Source: a bacterium (GTDB taxonomy: Bacteria; SZUA-182; DTGQ01; JAFGSM01). Taken from it: a stretch of 49,939 bases of DNA. The position numbers and the translations under genes were made by a program. The notes beneath the pieces were generated by a model, which saw only the letters and a program-made list of their open reading frames with translations, was not told the DNA's origin and did no database searches. The stretch is from NCBI GenBank assembly GCA_049472355.1, contig JBLIRP010000017.1, positions 1 through 49,939 on the forward strand. Reading direction: 5' to 3'. Of this stretch, positions 1 through 8,647 are shown one piece after another (within the stretch, counting starts at the first letter, position 1; each line of letters opens with the position of its first letter).

Positions 1-571
1 TAGACAGGGTGATACGCCGCGGATGGAACCCGAAGCGATCCGGATCGATGAGGCTTGTTACTGCATGAATGGTCTGATCGTAATTGTCGAGGGGCTCGCC
101 CATGCCCATAAGCACGATATTGGTCACCCGTTCCTGTTTCGCGGACCTCATCACCTCCAGCACCTGATCGCTGATTTCATGGTGCTGAAGGGAACGCTGA
201 AATCCGATCGTCCCGGTCACGCAGAATTTACAGCCCTGCCTGCAGCCCGACTGGGTGGATAGACAGAGGGTGAGGCGATCCCCCTCCCTGATGGCGACGG
301 TCTCAATCAGTGCCTCGTCGTGGAGGGAAAAGAGAAATTTCCGGGTCCCGTCCCGTGACTGTCGGATCTCCCGGCAATGCAATGAGGAGAGGGTACAATG
401 CCCCTTCAGCCTGTCGCGCAGGTCAATGGGGAGTGTGTGCATTTCATCAAAGGAACAAACCCCCCGCCGGTATAAACAGTGGTGCACCTGACGTGTCCGG
501 AACGGCGGCTGGCCCCATGATGCAAACAATGTGGTAAGCTCGTCTGCGGTTAATGCGGTGATACATCTCAT
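1..571 (-). CDS. rlmN: 23S rRNA (adenine-2503-C2)/tRNA methyltransferase RlmN, 3' end outside the window
   Basis: Not in the ORF track. Manual translation from ATG at 571 gives MRCITALTADEL...DGTRKFLF...IETV...TLCLSTQSGCRQGCKFCVTG (radical SAM CxxxCxxC)...NIVLMGMGEPLDNYD...RRITLS, open to the window edge. Confidence 0.93.
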   Translation of the reverse strand, partial: MRCITALTADELTTLFASWGQPPFRTRQVHHCLYRRGVCSFDEMHTLPIDLRDRLKGHCTLSSLHCREIRQSRDGTRKFLFSLHDEALIETVAIREGDRLTLCLSTQSGCRQGCKFCVTGTIGFQRSLQHHEISDQVLEVMRSAKQERVTNIVLMGMGEPLDNYDQTIHAVTSLIDPDRFGFHPRRITLS

Positions 572-613
572 GTAATCATTACTATAGCACCGCATGAGCG
601 GAAAGGTCAAAGT

Positions 614-636
614 GCCTGCCGGCAGCGACGGCAGGC
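614..636 (-). terminator. Possible terminator hairpin after the first Gly/Tyr-rich gene
   Basis: GCCTGCCG-7 nt-CGGCAGGC inverted repeat about 30 bp past the stop codon; the U-tract is weak. Confidence 0.4.
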
Positions 637-664
637 CCTCAAATATGCCTATAGGAAAAGAGAA

Positions 665-1582
665 TCAGATAACCGCCGCAGCAATCAGTTCGAGAGAGAA
701 CGTCCCCGACTCTTGCGGCGTGGTATTGGGGAGCTTGTAGATATCGTAATACCCCTGCATGGTGGTCGGCGTGGGGAGCGGCGCCGTTATGGTAATCGCA
801 TAGCTCACGGTTGGATCCTGGCCGGTGAGCTGTACAAAGGTGGCGGTTCCTGACCCAAATACATTAAAAATGCCGGCGAAGGTATTATTCCCGATCAATT
901 GCGCCGTACCGCTAAGGCTGCCGGTCAATGGGTCCTCCTTGAGATTCATCACCATGGTGCCGAAAAGGAAGCCAAGATTCCACTGACCTATCCATGTGCC
1001 TGCCTGCTCCGCAACAAACGGATTATCCAGCGCTGCTGTGCTGAGGGGATTGGAGCCGAGCCCGGTCAGAAGCGAGCCGAGCCCGGTCAGGGAATTGAGC
1101 CCATACAGGCCGCCTTGACCGAGAAGGCCGAGCATTCCGCCAAGACCGTAAAGGTTGCCCGTGCCATAGAGCCCGTAGAGCCCACCCATGCCGTAAAGCC
1201 CACCGTAGTAGCCGCCGTAGAGCCCGCCATACATGCCATAGAGGCCACCATACAGCCCGCCCATGCCGTAGAGCCCGCCCATACCATAAAGCCCATACAG
1301 CCCGCCCATGCCGTAGAGCCCGGAGAGCCCCCCAAGACCGGAGAGCCCAAAACCGCCAAGGCTTGTGGTCAGATTGTAGATGCCGCCAAATCCGTATGGA
1401 TTCAAAAGGTTTTTCATCAATCCCGAGCTGTAAAGGGGATTCGATACGCTCGACAGGGCATAGATGGAGGACATGCCGTAATATGCATGCCCAGCACCGG
1501 GGCTCCACAATCCAATCATCCCGAATCCGATGACCGTGGCAACGATCAGCGGAATAATCCTTGCATAACAGTGCCGTTTCAT
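665..1582 (-). CDS. Secreted Gly/Leu/Tyr/Met-rich repeat protein with a conserved C-terminal beta-rich domain (paralog 1)
   Basis: Signal peptide ending AGHA|YYGM, many GGLYG/GMGG repeats, and a C-terminal ~115-aa domain (FVAEQAGTWIGQW...) shared with 1816..2739. SD GGAGG upstream. Confidence 0.85.
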   Translation of the reverse strand: MKRHCYARIIPLIVATVIGFGMIGLWSPGAGHAYYGMSSIYALSSVSNPLYSSGLMKNLLNPYGFGGIYNLTTSLGGFGLSGLGGLSGLYGMGGLYGLYGMGGLYGMGGLYGGLYGMYGGLYGGYYGGLYGMGGLYGLYGTGNLYGLGGMLGLLGQGGLYGLNSLTGLGSLLTGLGSNPLSTAALDNPFVAEQAGTWIGQWNLGFLFGTMVMNLKEDPLTGSLSGTAQLIGNNTFAGIFNVFGSGTATFVQLTGQDPTVSYAITITAPLPTPTTMQGYYDIYKLPNTTPQESGTFSLELIAAAVI

Positions 1583-1701
1583 CCCTAACCCTCCTTCATC
1601 TCCTAACCATAGATTTTATGAAAATAACCAATCAGGATATCCGGATTGTATTGTTTTTTTTATATCCCAACGGTGTATTTTCGATATTTTAAATACTATA
1701 A

Positions 1702-1717
1702 AGCAAGAATGGTGCCG
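1702..1717 (-). promoter_or_regulatory. sigma54 -24/-12 promoter element
   Basis: Minus strand reads CGGCACCATTCTTGCT (GG-N10-GC), 120 bp upstream of the 665..1582 start. Confidence 0.8.
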
Positions 1718-1721
1718 CATT

Positions 1722-1775
1722 AAAAAAGGGGTTGGTCCCCCCCCGTTCGATACCTCTCGAGGAAGGCCAACCCCT
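1722..1775 (-). terminator. Intrinsic terminator after 1816..2739
   Basis: Minus strand AGGGGTTGG...CCAACCCCT stem, extended by G-U pairs, followed by a T run. Confidence 0.65.
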
Positions 1776-1815
1776 CATATAAACCATAACGCCTGAGGCT
1801 ATATGTTCCTTTTGA

Positions 1816-2739
1816 TTAAATGACCGGGGCTATCAGCCCAAGGTCGATCGTCCCGGATTCCGTCACCGTGCCGCCACTGCTCAGGTTGATCAGATTATAG
1901 GTACCGGTCATATGATCAGGGGCGATCAGGATCCCAATGATCTGGAGTTCAAAGGTCATTCCGCCGAGCCCGGTCGCGGTGCCGCTCACAATGACCTGGG
2001 AATTGAGCGCCTGCCCGGCCACCTCGACAAGGGCACTCAATGTCGGGTTGCCGAGCAGTTGTGCGGTTCCGATGATACCCAGGAGTGGATCCTCGATCAG
2101 ATTCATGCTCATCTGGCCTCCCAGAAGGCCATTCGACCACGTTCCCAGCCAGGTCCCTGCCTGCTCTGCAATGAACAGGGGAATCAACGGGAGGATCGCG
2201 GATGCGGTTGCCGTCGGCGCCGGGGTGATGGTTGCGGTTGACGGGGATGTCATGAGGCTGGACAGCAGGCCTCCCATGCCCCCCATGCCATACAGGCCGC
2301 CGAGCATCCCGAGTCCGCCGAGACCGGTGAGTGCCCCCAGGCCGCCAAGGCCGCTGAGGCCGCTGAGGGCACCAAGCCCGCCAAGGCCGCCAAGGCCGTA
2401 TAAACCACCCATCATGCCATACAGCCCGCCGTACATTCCAAGGCCGCTAAGACCGCCAAGGCCGTATAACCCGCCCATCATGCCGTACAGCCCGCCGTAC
2501 ATTCCAAGGCCATAAAGGCCGCCAAGCCCGTAAATGCTTCTCAGGCCATAGAGCCCGCTCAGGCCCGAAAGCCCGCCGAGGCCGCCGAGGCCGTAGAGCC
2601 CGCCGAGGCCATAAAGGCCGCCGAGACCGGAGAGGCCGAACATACCGTAATAGGCATGTGAAAGTGATTCCAAGAAAAGAATCAGCAAGGCAATAAATAA
2701 CACCACTACCAAGAGCCTACCTAACCACGAAGAATTCAT
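1816..2739 (-). CDS. Secreted Gly/Leu/Tyr/Met-rich repeat protein with a conserved C-terminal beta-rich domain (paralog 2)
   Basis: Signal peptide ending [15 protein letters not shown] repeats, a Thr/Pro/Ala linker, then [13 protein letters not shown]... domain. SD AAGGAG upstream. Confidence 0.85.
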   Translation of the reverse strand: MNSSWLGRLLVVVLFIALLILFLESLSHAYYGMFGLSGLGGLYGLGGLYGLGGLGGLSGLSGLYGLRSIYGLGGLYGLGMYGGLYGMMGGLYGLGGLSGLGMYGGLYGMMGGLYGLGGLGGLGALSGLSGLGGLGALTGLGGLGMLGGLYGMGGMGGLLSSLMTSPSTATITPAPTATASAILPLIPLFIAEQAGTWLGTWSNGLLGGQMSMNLIEDPLLGIIGTAQLLGNPTLSALVEVAGQALNSQVIVSGTATGLGGMTFELQIIGILIAPDHMTGTYNLINLSSGGTVTESGTIDLGLIAPVI

Positions 2740-2982
2740 CGTACTACTCCTTGTCGCGATCCTGAATAATCAACCCTCTTTCTTTATGGATCTTTCTTGT
2801 TCGGTAAGGGACACCACGTCCGATTCCCAATCAATGGATCTTTAACGCAAAAAAATCCGTAACAATGGCCGTCATATCACCTCCTTACGCATTCAAGGAC
2901 TTCCAAAAATACTGCCCATCAAATAACGAGGAAAATTGTATTGTCTGGGATGGAAAGCATATGTATTGTCTGTAATCAATTT

Positions 2983-2998
2983 TGCAATCGTTATGCCA
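2983..2998 (-). promoter_or_regulatory. sigma54 -24/-12 promoter element
   Basis: Minus strand TGGCATAACGATTGCA, 244 bp upstream of the 1816..2739 start. Confidence 0.8.
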
Positions 2999-3256
2999 TC
3001 AGGTGGGTGAATGACGGAGTGTTTGCGTATCCATGTATCCCACGAGGCCGTAAATAGTAACTGCTTAGAAATAAATAAAAAATGACTAATACTTTTATAT
3101 TATTTCTAATAAAGTCTTTGTCTTATGGCAGATAATAACCGTATTGCATGATGATGCAGACATAGGATTTATGAAAATATAAGAATTTTTTATGATTTTG
3201 ACTTGTTCTCGTATGTAAGGGGTTAAAAAGCGGGAACAAACGGTCCTCTACGCTAT

Positions 3257-4963
3257 TTAAAACCACCTCCACCCTGAATTATTTGATGGCCATGGATATC
3301 TCCGGGCGGAGAAGGTCGATGGAAATGGAGACATGGAGGGTATCCCCCGAACAAAGACGCCGCTGAATGGCATATATCCGGGCATTGTCCAAGGTCCCTG
3401 TTGAAGGCCCTGCAAACGAGCGGGATAGGCCCCCATGGCCCCGAAGGGGGATGCACGGTATGAGGTGGGATTGAAGGGAACATACTGGATGACCGACTGT
3501 TTCATCCAGGGGGATCCCTGATACATGCCCACAACCCCTTCCCATGAAGGGGAGTACGCAAGGGGAGTACTCCCGGCGCTCACATACGCCCCATAGGGAG
3601 CAGAAAATGGGGGGAGAAGGGGCTGGAGCGGAGATACCGATGCCGCAGTGGCAATCACCGGTAATGACGCGAGCGCTGCGGCAGCATCAACAAGACCCGC
3701 CCCGAAGTATTGATCCCACCCGACTGCACCGATGTCTCGCGCAGTGCTTACCAATGTGGATTGTATCAAATCGGGACCGAGCGCCCCCCCTGTTGCTGCG
3801 ACGATCAAGGCGGCCACCCCTGTTACATGGGCCGCTGCGCAGGATGTTCCCTGAAAGATATAGTAGTCGAATGTCTGAAGGTCAATGCCGTTATGGGTCT
3901 GCTGGACAATCCCGTCGGGCTTGCCATCCAGATTTTGATCATAGGCCAGGCTCCCCCCCGGTGCACAGATATCGATGTCCGATCCGTAATTCGAATAGAA
4001 TGCCAATGTCTGATCGTATTTGATGGCGCTGACGCTGATGCACTCTGGGTAGGAAGAGGGATAATGGGGCGCTGAGGAGGCGCCGTTCCCTGCAGAGCAC
4101 ACCATGGTCACCTTGTTGAGATTCGCATAGGTTACCGCCTCTTCAAGGGTAAGGGAGGAGATAACGGTACCGAAACTCGTATTTATGATCTGTGCGCCGT
4201 TATCCACGGCAAAGTAGATCCCCGCAACCACATCATCAAGGAGCCCGTTGCTGTTTTCATCCAGGACCTTTATCGGCATAATGCTGCACCCAAAGGCCAC
4301 CCCTGCGCATCCGAGGAGATTGTTGGTCGTTTGGGCGATGGTGCCGGTAATATGCGTACCGTGCCCATGGTCGTCGTCAGGGTAAGGATCATCATTGACA
4401 AAGTCCCATCCCGGAAGGATGGCGGTCCCTGCAAGGTCCGGTGCCTGGGCATAGGGGAGGGCGTTTCGATAGGCGGCGCCGGTATCAAGAACCGCCACCA
4501 CAGCGCCGCTCCCATTCTGAACGTCCCAGGCCGTCTCCATATTGATCATCCCCAGATGCCATTGATAGATGTAAATGGGATCATTGGGCACGAATTCCGC
4601 CTCCACATAATAATTTGGCTCCGCGTACCGGACAAAGGGAAGAAGCTCCAGAAATGACGCAACCTGCTCAACCTCAACAGGCAATGCCAGGGTCACTGAA
4701 TAGAGCGGTATGGTATGGTGAAGGTGATGCCGCTCATGGGCGCCGCATGAATCGAGTATACCCTGGATATCCGAATAGCTTGCCCAGTCGACAAACCTGA
4801 CAAGGACCTCCTGAGGGGCATACAGTGGATGCGGCGCACATCTCATCGGAAAGGGCAGAAAGGCGAAGGACTCGACGCGGAAAAACAGGCAGAAGAGGAC
4901 ACCAAGGACACACCCTGGCCCCAGAATGACCGGCCATTTTCCTTTTCTCACTCCATCACCCAT
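3257..4963 (-). CDS. Secreted subtilisin-family (S8) serine protease with a low-complexity C-terminal tail
   Basis: Catalytic motifs VAVLDTG, HGHGTH, SAGN and GTSCAA; propeptide ending YAEPNY; N-terminal signal peptide; tail rich in P/G/S/Y/F/W/M. Confidence 0.93.
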   Translation of the reverse strand: MGDGVRKGKWPVILGPGCVLGVLFCLFFRVESFAFLPFPMRCAPHPLYAPQEVLVRFVDWASYSDIQGILDSCGAHERHHLHHTIPLYSVTLALPVEVEQVASFLELLPFVRYAEPNYYVEAEFVPNDPIYIYQWHLGMINMETAWDVQNGSGAVVAVLDTGAAYRNALPYAQAPDLAGTAILPGWDFVNDDPYPDDDHGHGTHITGTIAQTTNNLLGCAGVAFGCSIMPIKVLDENSNGLLDDVVAGIYFAVDNGAQIINTSFGTVISSLTLEEAVTYANLNKVTMVCSAGNGASSAPHYPSSYPECISVSAIKYDQTLAFYSNYGSDIDICAPGGSLAYDQNLDGKPDGIVQQTHNGIDLQTFDYYIFQGTSCAAAHVTGVAALIVAATGGALGPDLIQSTLVSTARDIGAVGWDQYFGAGLVDAAAALASLPVIATAASVSPLQPLLPPFSAPYGAYVSAGSTPLAYSPSWEGVVGMYQGSPWMKQSVIQYVPFNPTSYRASPFGAMGAYPARLQGLQQGPWTMPGYMPFSGVFVRGIPSMSPFPSTFSARRYPWPSNNSGWRWF

Positions 4964-5042
4964 GAACCGACTCTTCTCATCGCGTTATCGTATGATCGTC
5001 CTGATTAATCCTCCCGCATCAGGGGGACCGCATCAAAATACA

Positions 5043-5303
5043 TCAAAATCCCCACCAATATGGCCAAACAAAAGGTGCACCAAAGGGGTTGTAAGGCAAT
5101 CCTCCGAACCCGAAGGGTGTCACCCAGGACAAACCATACAGGGTACCATAGCGAAGGGTGCCATAATGATAAAAATCGCCGAGTCCCGAGGTGACCGGAA
5201 AATACCATTGTGCAACCGCGGAATGAACGGAAACGACCAGAACATGAAGACATATCAGGGCGCACACAATGCACCATACGATATAAACCCTCTTTGCATC
5301 CAT
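5043..5303 (-). CDS. Small secreted aromatic/Gly-rich protein
   Basis: Likely start at ATG 5303 (SD TGGAG; the ORF track starts at GTG 5330). Hydrophobic signal ending SAVA|QWYF; mature part rich in Y/W/F/G/P, ending PFVWPYWWGF. Confidence 0.7.
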   Translation of the reverse strand: MDAKRVYIVWCIVCALICLHVLVVSVHSAVAQWYFPVTSGLGDFYHYGTLRYGTLYGLSWVTPFGFGGLPYNPFGAPFVWPYWWGF

Positions 5304-5408
5304 CGTTAATTGCTCCAGTACATCCGGCACGGGAAGGATCGGAATATGGTGAGGTCCCCCCGCCTTTCAATATGTCCATAATGAATATATGGTCTCTCTT
5401 GTAAAGAG

Positions 5409-5424
5409 AGCAATATCAGTGCCA
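5409..5424 (-). promoter_or_regulatory. sigma54 -24/-12 promoter element
   Basis: Minus strand TGGCACTGATATTGCT upstream of the peptide-S8 protease unit. Confidence 0.85.
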
Positions 5425-5786
5425 GGACACTACACCCCGCTCCCTGGCATGCCAGCCTATCCTCGCCTGCTGTAAAGCGTCTTATACAAGCTATCTATCT
5501 GATTTGTATAGTTCAAATATCTTGTGCATGCGTGGTGCCGACAATACCCTCGACCACAGAGCGGTCATACCCCTGAGCACCCCGTATAGATTTTTCCCGA
5601 TGTCATAGGAATGATGCACAGGGGGGTCTTCCTGACTCGGGCACGGAGGGAAGATGGCATTCCACAACTGCGGGTGCGAATACTAGCAGTCTGGGGACCC
5701 TTACGGATAACGGCAAGGATTATTGCGGGGGATTTCGATGGGTGAGGATCAGGGGCAGTGTTGTATGATTTGCACAGATTGGCTCT

Positions 5787-6557
5787 TTACCCCTGGCGGG
5801 ATACGATAAAGGACTTGATCTGTTTTTTATGCGCCTGGGTCACATGTGAAAAGCATACCCCGAGATAGCGCCACGGCTCCGAGCTGTTGAACCGCTCCCA
5901 GCGGATTTCCCCCTCGATATTGAGGGGTGCCGTGGAAGTGGGGAGCAGGATATTGAGATACACGAACTCCGAGAGCTTCGCCCTGAAATCGGCACGAAAC
6001 ATGATGCCTTCCTGGCTCATGTTCACGGTCTTGGATACGTTCTCCTCGGAGGGGATATTCCCCAATGGTGAAACGAAGGTATACTTGATAGGGATATCCG
6101 CAGGGACCCGGAAATGCCTCCTCCGTTCCTTTGGAATTGCCCGTTCTTCATGGAGAGGGATCTGCGCCCCCCTTCGCTGTGATTTTTCTTCCTCGATCCT
6201 GTCCAATAGGGTGGGCAGGTTTTCAAGCAGGAGGGGCTTCAAGAGATAGTGATGCATTTTTTTCCCGGACACACAGTGTTTATCGATGTCACAATTCGGA
6301 TGAAAGAGAAAGACCACCTCGCTGGCGGGATTCATTCCCTTGATCTCTTCCGTGGTGAGCACATCCTCTTCCTGATCGAATTTCGAGATGCTCAGGAGGA
6401 CGAGATCGTACTGAATCCTCTGAAGCATCTGACGCGCTGTATTTGACTGGGTGGCGGAATCGACATAATGTCCATCCATCAGTAAGTAATTGCAAAGATA
6501 GTCCCTGAAGTTTACATCTCCGCTAACCACAAGAATAAACAGATCTCCCATGAGCAT
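5787..6557 (-). CDS. Pseudo-receiver plus PilZ domain protein (probable c-di-GMP effector)
   Basis: Receiver-like pattern (ILVVSGD...YDLVLLSI...YLLKP) without the phosphoacceptor Asp; PilZ motifs RRHFR (RxxxR) and NMSQEG (D/NxSxxG). Start placed at ATG 6557 by SD GAGGAG; ORF track extends to 6638. Confidence 0.82.
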   Translation of the reverse strand: MLMGDLFILVVSGDVNFRDYLCNYLLMDGHYVDSATQSNTARQMLQRIQYDLVLLSISKFDQEEDVLTTEEIKGMNPASEVVFLFHPNCDIDKHCVSGKKMHHYLLKPLLLENLPTLLDRIEEEKSQRRGAQIPLHEERAIPKERRRHFRVPADIPIKYTFVSPLGNIPSEENVSKTVNMSQEGIMFRADFRAKLSEFVYLNILLPTSTAPLNIEGEIRWERFNSSEPWRYLGVCFSHVTQAHKKQIKSFIVSRQG

Positions 6558-6743
6558 TCTTCTCCTCTGAAATTCCGTCATATATGACGTGCTTTTTGGC
6601 AATGGATAGGGGCGGCTTGCGCCGCCACCCCGATTCATAGAATCGGCCTACCCATTGGGGGGGGATTCGAAATGTCTTTTATATCTGAATATTGTCTCTT
6701 AATCTATTCTTTCCCCCTAGATCTTTATTCAGTTTTTATAATT

Positions 6744-6759
6744 TGCATATGCTGTACCA
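6744..6759 (-). promoter_or_regulatory. sigma54 -24/-12 promoter element
   Basis: Minus strand TGGTACAGCATATGCA upstream of the PilZ gene. Confidence 0.65.
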
Positions 6760-7011
6760 GATCATTAATACCGGAGAAAATTTTTTATATACCATGCTAA
6801 CTCATTATTATATTTGAAGTTTTAGCGATCTTCCGCCGTTCGCCCGGCACTGCGCACGGCCCCATCGGACATGGCTTTGCGGAATGATAGAGCGGAAGGT
6901 TTATGCGCCGGAGAGCGAGCAAGGGATAACATGTTCAAAAATAAGAGGTTATCTGGATTCTTATGACGGCATAAAAGAAATGATCATTTTAAAAGAATTT
7001 ATGAATGGTTT

Positions 7012-8037
7012 CTACATGCCTCGCGCACGCCGTCGCTCTTCGGGATCAAGTATATGGTGCTTGCGGATGAAGTAGCTCAGATTCCGCTGGTCGATCCCGA
7101 GAAGCTGTGCTGCGCGGCACTTTACCCAATCAGCCTTGTTAAGGGCCTTCAGGATGAGTTGCCGTTCGTAGGTCTTGAGCCTCCTCTTGAGGTTGAAATC
7201 CTCCAGTTCATTCGAGTCGTGATGATTACATCCATGCTGGAAGATGTGATGCGGGAGGGACTGAAGCTGGATAACGTCGGAATTCTCGATTATCACCGCA
7301 TGTTCTATTGCATTTTTCAATTCCCTGACATTTCCGGGCCATTCATAGTTCATCAATGCATCCATGGCCTCATTGCTGATTCCCCGCATACTCTTTTTGG
7401 TCTCATAGTTCTCAAATTCGATAAAATTCTTCACCAGCAGCGGGATGTCATCCTTTCGCTCCCTGAGCGCGGGGAGGAATATGGTTATTACGCCAAGCCG
7501 ATAAAAGAGATCCTCCCGAAAGGCACCCTGCTGCACCGCCCTTTTGAGTATCACGTTGGTGGTGGCGATCACCCTCACGTCAACCGGGATAGGGATTGAA
7601 TTGCCAACCGAGACAATCTCATTCTCCTGAAGGACCCTCAGCAGCTTTGCCTGCCCTGAAAAGGACATGTTTCCGATTTCATCCAGGAGTATGGTACCGC
7701 CGTTCGCCAGCTCGAATCTTCCCTTCCTGCTCTCGCACGCGCCGGTAAACGCCCCCTTCTTATGCCCGAAGAGTTCACTCTCGAGGAGCGTTTCACTGAG
7801 TGCGGCACAATTGACCTTGATAAAGGGCCTGTTATTTCTCCTGCTGCTCGCATGGATGGCATTCGCTACCAGTTCCTTGCCAGTCCCGCTCTCGCCCTGG
7901 ACCAATACGGTGGAATCCGTTCTCCCCACCATCTTGATCAACCGGCATACCTCGCGAATCTTTGTATTTCTGCCAAGGATATTGCTGACCTCACATTCGA
8001 GACTGACGGGCATGACCTTCCCCCTTTGGTACATCAA
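7012..8037 (-). CDS. sigma54-dependent enhancer-binding protein (AAA+ and Fis-type HTH) without an N-terminal regulatory domain
   Basis: GESGTGKE Walker A, ESELFGH, GAFTGA, LLDEIG Walker B, FREDLFYRL, WPGNVREL and C-terminal AAQLLGI HTH. Only about 20 aa precede the AAA+ domain (start could be 8013). Confidence 0.95.
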   Translation of the reverse strand: MMYQRGKVMPVSLECEVSNILGRNTKIREVCRLIKMVGRTDSTVLVQGESGTGKELVANAIHASSRRNNRPFIKVNCAALSETLLESELFGHKKGAFTGACESRKGRFELANGGTILLDEIGNMSFSGQAKLLRVLQENEIVSVGNSIPIPVDVRVIATTNVILKRAVQQGAFREDLFYRLGVITIFLPALRERKDDIPLLVKNFIEFENYETKKSMRGISNEAMDALMNYEWPGNVRELKNAIEHAVIIENSDVIQLQSLPHHIFQHGCNHHDSNELEDFNLKRRLKTYERQLILKALNKADWVKCRAAQLLGIDQRNLSYFIRKHHILDPEERRRARGM

Positions 8038-8310
8038 AATTAATAATACTATATTGCTTACCGTGTTCTTATGGGCATCATAACCACAAGCAAAACTAAC
8101 AATACATGTTATTCATTATTCACGATGGCTGTATAAATCTATCGAACAAAATCAATTAATAATTGCGTTCCTCCAGTGATCATGATGTCCTTTTAAAGTA
8201 TACAAACATGGGTAATTGATAGGATACAAACATCATTTTTTTAACCGAAGTTAGTTTTTAAAATTTGTCCATCATAATCGACAATTGTTACAATTTCTTT
8301 TTATACATCA

Positions 8311-8326
8311 AGCAATTCAAATGCCA
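8311..8326 (-). promoter_or_regulatory. sigma54 -24/-12 promoter element upstream of the activator gene itself
   Basis: Minus strand TGGCATTTGAATTGCT. Confidence 0.78.
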
Positions 8327-8350
8327 AATAACAGGAGAAATTGATACAGG

Positions 8351-8363
8351 TAACTTACTGATT
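8351..8363 (-). promoter_or_regulatory. Probable IHF binding site
   Basis: Minus strand AATCAGTAAGTTA matches WATCARNNNNTTR, about 25 bp upstream of the -24 element. Confidence 0.55.
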
Positions 8364-8422
8364 TATCAGCATGTCAATTTGTTGCCACAATAGGGTATTG
8401 TTATCTGTTTACATTATGCGCA

Positions 8423-8440
8423 AAGATATGCGCATATCTT
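8423..8440. promoter_or_regulatory. Perfect 18-bp palindrome, candidate upstream activator sequence
   Basis: AAGATATGCGCATATCTT, about 100-115 bp upstream of the sigma54 element at 8311-8326. Confidence 0.5.
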
Positions 8441-8573
8441 GATTTTTATGAATGGGTCATACCTTTAGGGATGATAAAAGTGAAGGGACTATGATGTGAG
8501 CTGATGCAGGGGTAAATGGATCAAGCAGTGAATTGGAATGAGATGCCCATCGGGTGAGGATGCCGTATACATT

Positions 8574-8610
8574 AAAAAAGGGCGGCGGGTTTGCTGTTCC
8601 CGCCGCCCTC
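8574..8610 (-). terminator. Intrinsic terminator after the 1767-aa surface protein gene
   Basis: AGGGCGGCGGG-9 nt-CCCGCCGCCCT stem with an A6 run on the plus strand (U-tract on minus). Confidence 0.85.
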
Positions 8611-8647
8611 TGTATGTCTCTATCAGAAATGCACGAGGGACGCCCTC

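Noticed and set aside
23..537. Short plus-strand ORFs at the window start
   Set aside because: Antisense shadows of rlmN.
899..2515. Long plus-strand Pro/Ala-rich ORFs
   Set aside because: Antisense frames of Gly-codon repeats; the minus-strand genes have SD sites, signal peptides and promoters.
665..5303. Gly-rich proteins as RiPP/bacteriocin precursors or PE-PGRS/curli homologs
   Set aside because: No double-glycine leader, peptidase-ABC exporter or RiPP enzymes (the nearby radical SAM is RlmN); no PE domain or curli Gln/Asn repeats.
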